Assembly: GCA_040954595.2 (NCBI GenBank)
Contig: CM082578.2
Coordinates: forward strand, 7,983,519-8,047,518
Length of the DNA: 64,000 nucleotides
DNA from: Balanoglossus misakiensis
Lineage: Eukaryota; Animalia; Hemichordata
Direction of reading: 5' to 3'
Shown here: positions 56,013 to 64,000 of the stretch, in pieces
How the letters are laid out: each line of letters opens with the position of its first letter
Numbering within the stretch: the first letter of the stretch is position 1
Translations under genes and position numbers: made by a program
Notes under the pieces: generated by a model
Told to the model about the DNA's origin: nothing
Seen by the model: the letters and a program-made list of their open reading frames with translations, nothing else
Database searches by the model: none

Positions 56013-58856
56013 CTATAATATAGTAATGTCAATGTCTGATGTGGGTCCACCATTAATTTTAGAATCAGTTGCTTTGTTTTTCTGTTTTTCGGCTTTACCG
56101 GGTGTAGGCGACACTTTGACTTGATTTTCTGGCGTCTTTTCGTGTTCTTTGCCGTTCATCTTGATAAGTTCTACCGACGGTTCGCTCTTTGCGTCCGAGG
56201 ACGTGTACACCTCCGCTACGTGCTCTATCGAGTTTGCCGCCTCGTGCTGGTCCTCCTCCCCCAGGGGGTCGGGTCTCCGCTTGCCCTTTGACCTCTGCTT
56301 TGCCTTGGGGGCCGGGTACGGCTTGATCTCGTCGAAGTCGTCGATGACCGCCGCGTCGTTGACGTAGCCGCCGTCCGCCGGGAACTGGCTGGCGGACGCT
56401 CCCTCGCTGATCTGCGACGTGATGACCTCGCTCAGGGTGATGGGCGTGGTGCCGTCGTCTGCGCTCCGGTGCTTCTTGGTCTCCTTGTGGAACTCGTACT
56501 TCTTCAGGGACGGCGGCTTCTTGTAGCGCCACCAGATGACGAAGATGGACGCTAGAATGAGCAGCGTGCCGATGCACGTGGCGAAGAAGACGCCGATGAT
56601 TTCGAAGGTGTGCTGGTTGTCCTTGCGCACCACGCCGCCCCTGGTCGACACCTGCCTGCACTGCGACGTAAGCGTCACATGATCGCAGCGGGGGGCTTCC
56701 TCGGCATAATAGAACGTCACGCACGCTATATAATTGGAGTCTGCGTTCAAATAATTGAATTTCAACGAATTGACCGACACGTCGGTGTTTTTCAGAACTT
56801 CGTAACCGCCGCCGAATTCTCTGAGCTCCACGATGTAGCCGTCAGCGTTCTGAGTGGAGGAGGCGACCCACTTCACCAGCAGGCTCGTCTCAGTGACGTT
56901 GTCGACGGCCACGGTGATGTAGTTGCGGACGCACTGCCTGACGGGCGTCCCACCAGTGGTGATGTGGATGCAGTTTTGGAACGACACCACGTGCGGGCAC
57001 CCCGAGTCTCGCCGACTGACGCAGATTATGTACTGGGTGAGCGCTTCGAGCTCGGTGACTGAGTGAAACCACGACGATAAGCCCGAGACGTTGTCTTCCT
57101 TGGCCGGCGAAGAGTACCCGAACTTCGTGACGGAGACCGAGTAGCCGGTGGAGTCGCTGCCGTAGGCGGGAACCCAGGCGACGTCCACCACGTTCTCGCC
57201 GACAGACCGCGTGTACACCGACAGAGATGGTTGAACGCACTGCACAGGTTGAACCGCGGGGCCACAAGTAGCAGGTGCTCCCGTCGCTGGCGGCGGCTGC
57301 TGAACCGTGAGAACAGCGTCGGCTTCTTCGCTTCCGCGGCTGTTGTTCGCGACGCAGTTGTACGTCCCGCTGTCGCCGGGCTCGACCGGATCGACGAACA
57401 ATTTGCTGGACCCGATGCTGCTGCTGACGTACACTCTTCCCGCCGGGCTGGACGAATCGAACGTCCCCTGCGGCGTCTGCCAGGAAAGCTCGGGTTCCGG
57501 GTCGCCCAGCACGCTGCAGGAAAACTCCACCCTCTGCCCCAGCATGACCGTCTTGTCGCGCGGGAACTGGATGATGAACGGCTCGCAGGCGAAGCTGCTG
57601 GTCTTCACCTCCGACAGCGACTGCCCGGAGACGTGCGACGGCGCGTGGCACCGGATGTTCTGCGGGCTGAAGTTGACGGACGAGCGGGTCAGCAGGTAGT
57701 CGTAGAGCTGCTTCATCTTGCAGTCGCACCGCCACTGGTTGCCGTTCAGGATCAGCGTGCGGAGCTTGGTGAGCGGCAGCAGCGTCTCCGTGGCCAGCGA
57801 GCTGAGCCGGTTGCTGCTGAGGCTCAGCGTCACCAGGTTGGCGAGGCCGTGGAACGCCGTGTTGGTGACCGTGCTGATGCTCATGAAGTTGAGGGAGAGG
57901 ATCTGCAGCGAGCGCAGGTTCTGGAAGACGTTGCGGGGGACGGTCTCGATGGCGTTGCGGTCCAGGTGCAGCTGCTCCAGGTTGACCAGGCTGCCGAACA
58001 TGTGCTCCTGCAATTCCGCCAGGTTGTTGCTGTTGAGATACAAGTGGCGGAGCTCCACGGTGGAGTCGAACGTGCCCGGGGTGACGGTGTCGATTTCGTT
58101 CCCCATCAGCTTCAAGTTCCGGAGGCTGGTCAGGGAGTTGAACACGTCGTTGGGAAGAGTCGGGAGCTGGTTCTCTGAGAGGTCCAGATCCTCGAGCTGA
58201 GTCAGTCCGTCGAACAGGTGGAGTATGGAGGAAATCTTGTTGTCGGTCAGATCGATGGATCTGAGATTAGATAGTCCATCAAACACTCCGGCTGGCAGGT
58301 AGTCAATATTGGAAGCCGACATGTACAGATATTTGAGGTTGGAAACGTTTGCGAATGCCCTCTCGGGTAATATTTGCAAGTCGTTTTTGTTCAGATACAG
58401 AACTGTCGTCGACGGCGGAAGGTTGTCGGGGACGGCGCGCAAACCCCGGTCGCTGCAGTCGACCTGCGTCTCGTTCTCTATCAACGAACAGATGCAGACC
58501 TGCGGGCACGGAATCGGAGGCGAGGTGGTTACGCCCTGCGTCGTGGGCTGGACTCCCGCAGTTGTTACACGTGGCGCGGCGTTTTGCGTCGTGCCAGGAG
58601 CTGGTGTAGACGCCTGTCTTTGTGCGCTGGTCGTAGGTGGCTGTTCTGGTGATGTTGTTTGTGGTGGTGGTGATGTTTGCTGAGGTGGTTGTACGTCAGC
58701 CGATGGTGACGCACTAGGAACATTAACTGCCTGTTCCATTGTTGTCTCCTTCAGCGCCTGTTCCGTCGTCACCCCCTCCGTCACCTGACTCCTGCATAGT
58801 TCATTTGTCAATAATAATAATATTCCTATCAGCAGCAAGGACACTCTCCGTTCCAT
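56013..58856 (-). CDS. LRR-Ig-FN3-FN3 type I transmembrane protein (LIG family, LRFN/LRRN-like), 947 aa, single coding exon
   Basis: Signal peptide; P/T/Q-rich stalk; LRRNT (CPQVCIC...VDCSDRGLRAVP); about 10 LxxLxLxxN repeats; LRRCT (GNQWRCDC); Ig-I domain (FSCSVLGDPEPELSW...DSGTYNCVANN); two FN3-like repeats (LEALTQYIICV, LNADSNYIACV); TM segment (IIGVFFATCIGTLLILASIFVIWW); tail ending ITIL. Splice acceptor about 35 nt upstream of the ATG. Confidence 0.92.
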   Translation of the reverse strand: MERRVSLLLIGILLLLTNELCRSQVTEGVTTEQALKETTMEQAVNVPSASPSADVQPPQQTSPPPQTTSPEQPPTTSAQRQASTPAPGTTQNAAPRVTTAGVQPTTQGVTTSPPIPCPQVCICSLIENETQVDCSDRGLRAVPDNLPPSTTVLYLNKNDLQILPERAFANVSNLKYLYMSASNIDYLPAGVFDGLSNLRSIDLTDNKISSILHLFDGLTQLEDLDLSENQLPTLPNDVFNSLTSLRNLKLMGNEIDTVTPGTFDSTVELRHLYLNSNNLAELQEHMFGSLVNLEQLHLDRNAIETVPRNVFQNLRSLQILSLNFMSISTVTNTAFHGLANLVTLSLSSNRLSSLATETLLPLTKLRTLILNGNQWRCDCKMKQLYDYLLTRSSVNFSPQNIRCHAPSHVSGQSLSEVKTSSFACEPFIIQFPRDKTVMLGQRVEFSCSVLGDPEPELSWQTPQGTFDSSSPAGRVYVSSSIGSSKLFVDPVEPGDSGTYNCVANNSRGSEEADAVLTVQQPPPATGAPATCGPAVQPVQCVQPSLSVYTRSVGENVVDVAWVPAYGSDSTGYSVSVTKFGYSSPAKEDNVSGLSSWFHSVTELEALTQYIICVSRRDSGCPHVVSFQNCIHITTGGTPVRQCVRNYITVAVDNVTETSLLVKWVASSTQNADGYIVELREFGGGYEVLKNTDVSVNSLKFNYLNADSNYIACVTFYYAEEAPRCDHVTLTSQCRQVSTRGGVVRKDNQHTFEIIGVFFATCIGTLLILASIFVIWWRYKKPPSLKKYEFHKETKKHRSADDGTTPITLSEVITSQISEGASASQFPADGGYVNDAAVIDDFDEIKPYPAPKAKQRSKGKRRPDPLGEEDQHEAANSIEHVAEVYTSSDAKSEPSVELIKMNGKEHEKTPENQVKVSPTPGKAEKQKNKATDSKINGGPTSDIDITIL

Positions 58857-61800
58857 TGTGGGCTGTCTTCAATAGTTTGCAACCAATCACTGCCCAAAGA
58901 TAAAAAAATACAATGCAATGATTTAGAACATGCATTACAATGACGTTATCAGGAGAATTTAATACCAGCCAAGTTTATAATGGCAAAATAAATTTAATGC
59001 AATATTTCAACCTAGCCCTTTTCTTGTTTGTTTTTGTAGAACCCTTCTCATTTCTCTGTCATGTATCATCCCATCAAATAACAAAAAGTTCTATGGACAC
59101 ACACACACACACATACATTCTGTCTTTTATACTGGCAGTGAAAATCATGTAGCTAAATTCCACATACACGACAATTATCCCTCTCAGAGTTTTTAAAGAA
59201 ATCTGTTGCCTCATTCAACTCAAAATGGAATCACTGAATGCAATAGTAATGGCCCAAAAGAGACCCGGCCTTGGCTCAAAATTGGATAATTAACCCCACT
59301 GAAGGTCAAGGTCCACACAAACACCGTGCAGTGGCCGACCGGGTTCTTCAAAGGCCACTTATTAAGTTAAGCATGCCATTTTTGTTGTTGGGGGAATTAA
59401 CAGATGATGATAAAAATCGTGATACAAAGTACATTCCAAGTGATGTGACCTTCAAACAAGTTCAGACGTACAAAGATGTTGTAATCATGGGTGTCGATCA
59501 ACAAATTGATTCATTCCCACCCTAGCCACAAAGTTTGTACAGAAATTATTCGGATTCTGGAGTCTTCCAATGACAAACAATACTCCCACCTGGGTCACAT
59601 CCTTGACATTAAGATTCCTCAATTCACCGAGTGCTCAGACATTTACACAGTATTTCACAATGACCCAAGTTTTATCACCAGTTATGGGGATATAACCATT
59701 TTCACACATAGGCTTTTATGGGAGCACCACTTAACTACTGCCACACTTAAATAATCACTTTTAGTGCTGACAGGCACGCAAAGCCAATACAAGAAATTAT
59801 CTCCATGACAGACAACAATACTGTACAATCTGAATTATCTGATCAAACCCAACTGGTCTTCTTATCAGTCTGCTTTGAGTCCCAAGCAAAATGGTTGTGA
59901 TAAAGAAATTCTTTATCAGAGTAGCACTGAACAAACCTGTTAAAGGGTACATTGATAATATTCCGGGCCAATTATCACTCGCACGCAATTTTAACACTAC
60001 CAGCACGAATACTTCAGGCGAAAGACAGGGGCTTTCCTTTGAAAAAGACAGCCCAGCTCTTGTCTGTCTAAATTTGATCAAACATTCACACTTATCTGAA
60101 TAATTACCATATCCAGACAACCAACAAATTAACAAGTCAGTTGTAACTTGCAATGGCCATATTGACACTTTCCTGGGTTATCTCCAGGACAATTGTTTAC
60201 ATGTACAAAAAACATCAACAGCGGCTCTAAACAGGACTTGCCTGATCTACAACAATGCATAGGTGTAGCTGAACTTTAATCAACATAGTTCCACCAAATC
60301 TACTGATCATGTTTCTTAAAGAAATAAACAAGTTTCTGCCTGAATCCAGGTAATCGCTGTGCAAACTCTCAATCAAGTACATTTGTAACAGTTTTCTGGT
60401 TTGGTGTCCTGATAAAATGAGAGAACATTACAGCTAAAGAGAGTGAGAGAGAGCTACATCCACCTCTATAGTTTTGTAAGAGCGACACATGACATGTACT
60501 TTTATTGTAAATAAGATACAATGAATGGACGTTTCTCTTTTTATTGTAAATATGACCATAGCAACGGATGTCATTGGTCCTATCTTGTCCGTACATGTAA
60601 CTATGTGAAATATGGCACATCAGAAAGATGATTGTAGCTGTATCCATTACATAACAATACATGTACATGTACCACCATCAGGTCATCCGTTGTTTCACAC
60701 ACAGCTGTTGCGATATATACATTAAGATTTCATTGCAGCACCGAATGACAAAGGCAACGAAATTAATGGGTAAAAATAACGTTCCCACATGAATTAACAA
60801 TGGGAACTGCTACTCTGGATCAGATTCATCTGCATAAAAATGCCCCATTATGTTTTAGAGTTTATTTTCCATGATCACTACATGTACCGTATATACACAT
60901 GTGGACTTTACCATTAATCATATTCGCATCACATTCATGGCGCCCAACGAGGATTTCCTCTCTCGGTTACTCACACACTTCCACAATGAAAGTGTTGTTG
61001 GCATAAGCAGGGTGTGGTTGTCCATGGATTTTCATATGAATAGAGCCAGGTTGGTTAATGGCTCACTGTCTGCCTTGAGGTCAACACACCCAGGTTGCCG
61101 CATACGTAACCAGAAAATGGAGGAATATCGGCAACCGGCACCTATACAAAGTCAAGTTTCCCAAACTGTCTTACACTGGTATATTCTTAACTCTAGGAAT
61201 GATATCCACGCATCGATCGACGATGAGGAGTAAATTTTAGTGTTGGAAACACACCTGTATCACCTGGTCTCAGCACAGTAACCCAAATACGACGGAAAAA
61301 CAACTTTAGGAAACTACCACTTGAAAAACGAACCAAAAAAGTCCCTGAAAAAAAAACACTGCAGGAAAAGCAACCCAGCCCTGCCCATTAATGGCGAACA
61401 ATGACCACAAAAACTCAGAAGTAGTCATCAATTCCTTACAAAAGCCAATGAAATTTTAACTGTGGGGTCAAACCATTAAAAAGTACAGGACGGGCTGGAA
61501 TGTGTGCAGTGGCAGAAAAAATGGTGGACAGGCAGAGTTCTTCAAAAGAGAAACTGTTGCAATCAGTACAACTTAAGAACAGCCAGTAGAAGCAATCACA
61601 AAACAAGAACAACCACCATCACTCCGCAGATAGGATAACTCACTAGAAATGCTGAACCAAGACTGAAATCATGGAATATTAATGGCATTATCAGCCCTAT
61701 TCTCCACTGAGTATAACAATATTATACCATTCAACAAACACTTTCACTCTTTTTCGCTACAGTACAGCACAATGACCTAAATTGCCCTTCACATACCTGC

Positions 61801-64000
61801 GTATCATGGAAACAGAAAAATATACATCTATCTAAATTTTAAATTTAAGATTCATAATACCTGTGGCTACAAAACTAAGTCTGATGATATCTATCATCCA
61901 AACTACGAGACAACTATTTGATAACATAAACAGCAACAGACTATATCTCTGTGAAAATGATGGTAACGTTCGATACGTGCGGGAACACACTCACCGGTTT
62001 AATATGGCTCCCACAATCAGCTACGCAGACATACGTACGTCAAACCGCAGGGGGAAAAAACTCTGATCTCTTTGCCGAAAACCCCAAGAAGCCGCGGAGG
62101 GTCCGTTACACAAGCCTATACACATTCAAAAACTGGTCGGGATTGATTTACGTACAGCTACCTGTTAGCCCCCAAAAAGGCCTTTTATAGACATTTACAT
62201 CTCATTTGAATATGAAAGGGTAAGTGAACTGTACAGTCCAGTACATTTATATTCTTTCTGCATTCTCATTACCGGCGAGGAGTACATTGTGATGCAAATC
62301 TCCTCTCGAATTCCTGCCGTTCTCCCTAAGAACCCGACAATACAGTATTGTATTGTTCCGGCCTCTTCACACGCAGCGCACAAAACAGAGCTGAAAAAAC
62401 AGAACAGCTAGGCTGGGTCATGACGCAGACTGGTACATATTTAGACACACCCGACCATATTATACGCAACAGCATATACTCCCTCCTTTTTTAGTCAGCC
62501 AATCTTTAGATATAAGTATTAAACTTCGCGCCTATTCTCTGTTACGATCTTCAGCTTTAAACCCTCCACATGACTAGTCGCTTTATCATTCTACTATTTG
62601 GATTTTGAATATTGAAAATCAAATGATTGATGCCCACATATTCAACTATCAACAGATTTCAGCTAATAATGTACTTTTCACCAGAAAGTAGCTGCTGTGG
62701 TCATTGGCCTGCTCTAAACACCACCTCTGAGCGGTATTCTAGCTATGCAAGCAAAACAAATAATCAATTTAATGTGAGGTATCCATGAAAACATAAATTG
62801 CTGCAAATAACAAAAAAAAATTCATGCATTTCCTCAGGGCAGATATCGTAATGGGAGTCTAGGAATGTGTTTTTTGACTCAACAGGTGTTTTGAAAAAGG
62901 GTTGTCTGAACCAGCTGATCCTTGATTGAGTCTGATTTTTGCTCTGTCACATTGGAGAACTACCAGTTTGGAGAACTACTATTTTTCTGAAAATCTGTTG
63001 AAGGTGCATGTGTATTGAAAGTTTCAAATTGTTATTTTAGACTGTTTAAACCATCCTTCATACTAGAACAAACTTCCTTGTATTTCGGTAAAAACAATAC
63101 CAATTTAGTTGTTCTATGGTGCTACATCAGCATACTTGTTACTCAACTCTTTGCGTTATTCCACTTCACTGTTTATCACACAAAAAACCCTCACAGACTG
63201 CATTCCCTCTGTCTGCAAGATCATTGGTACCACAGCCTGGTTATGTCACACACAGTGCACCACCAATCTCTCATCCAATTGTGTTTTCTTCACTAACAAC
63301 CGAAAATCTAAATTTACAAAAAATAAAAACATTAGATATTGCAGTAGATGGGTGATAAGATTTTAAGCAGAAATGCATGTTTAGGGAGTGTTTAATTAAT
63401 GACAATCAAGTTTAATAATCTGTCACCTGCCTATTTTGTAGTGGCGGGGCTACAACTCAACATCAGACAAAATGTCAGTGTTTGTAGTGACACAGTGGTA
63501 CTACCAGATTTGGACAACAACTAAGAAATGAATCACAACCGAGACACAAAACACACCTGTGAATGTACCAGACGTAATAAAAGGAAGACATAAACATTTC
63601 AGCCATTGATCAGAGGCACGGCCCTCAGCATCCACTGGTGACCTCTAAAAATCATATTATTCAAGGTCCTTTATGAGTACCATCCTCACACCACATGACT
63701 TGTGACCTGCACAGCTAAGGCTGAAAATGATATCCCACTTCCATATATGGGGAAATATGACTATATTTGGCATTCGTTTTGCCTATTATGCTGAATCACT
63801 GATATTATTGAGAAGCAATGAATATACAGCTTACATACAAAGTGTATGTACATGTCCGGAAATCTCAATGTCCACTCTGTGTTGGTACATCCAAAGGGAC
63901 TCTCTACCCTCTGAGTCAGTTTGAAATGCTGGGTATTAAGCCACAATAAACCTTCACAACCCAACAATGTCGACTTCAGTCAAGGGTGAGGAATACAAAG

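Noticed and set aside
56095-58200. Long overlapping or antisense ORFs (209, 281 and 315 aa)
   Set aside because: Shadow frames of the GC3-rich LRR-Ig CDS, with no domain-like content.
58900-64000. Short ORFs upstream of the LRR-Ig gene
   Set aside because: No motifs, codon bias or convincing exon structure; treated as intron or intergenic sequence.

Overview
Gene-dense eukaryotic (animal) genomic DNA with short GT-AG introns. The gene content suggests a marine invertebrate deuterostome such as a hemichordate, echinoderm or cephalochordate; this is an inference. Reading across splice junctions by eye gives, in order: the 3' part of a WIF-domain + 3xEGF gene (+); FBXO7 (-) head-to-head with a single-coding-exon CARD gene whose C-terminus resembles a RHIM amyloid motif (+); RDH11/12/13-like SDR paralog 1 (-); a MITE; an intronless type II membrane SGNH-hydrolase-like gene (+); TPRA1/GPR175 (-) head-to-head with MCM2 (+); divergent SDR paralogs 2 (-) and 3 (+); a GH9 endoglucanase-like gene (-) with an intact frame but Ala at the catalytic acid Glu; and a single-exon LRR-Ig-FN3-FN3-TM receptor (-). 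There are also several MITEs, short repeats and satellites. The most interesting items are the CARD + RHIM-like adaptor, the apparently non-catalytic GH9, the intronless SGNH protein and the SDR paralog lacking the catalytic-tetrad Asn. Exon boundaries were read manually and may be off by a few bases. No database searches were run.
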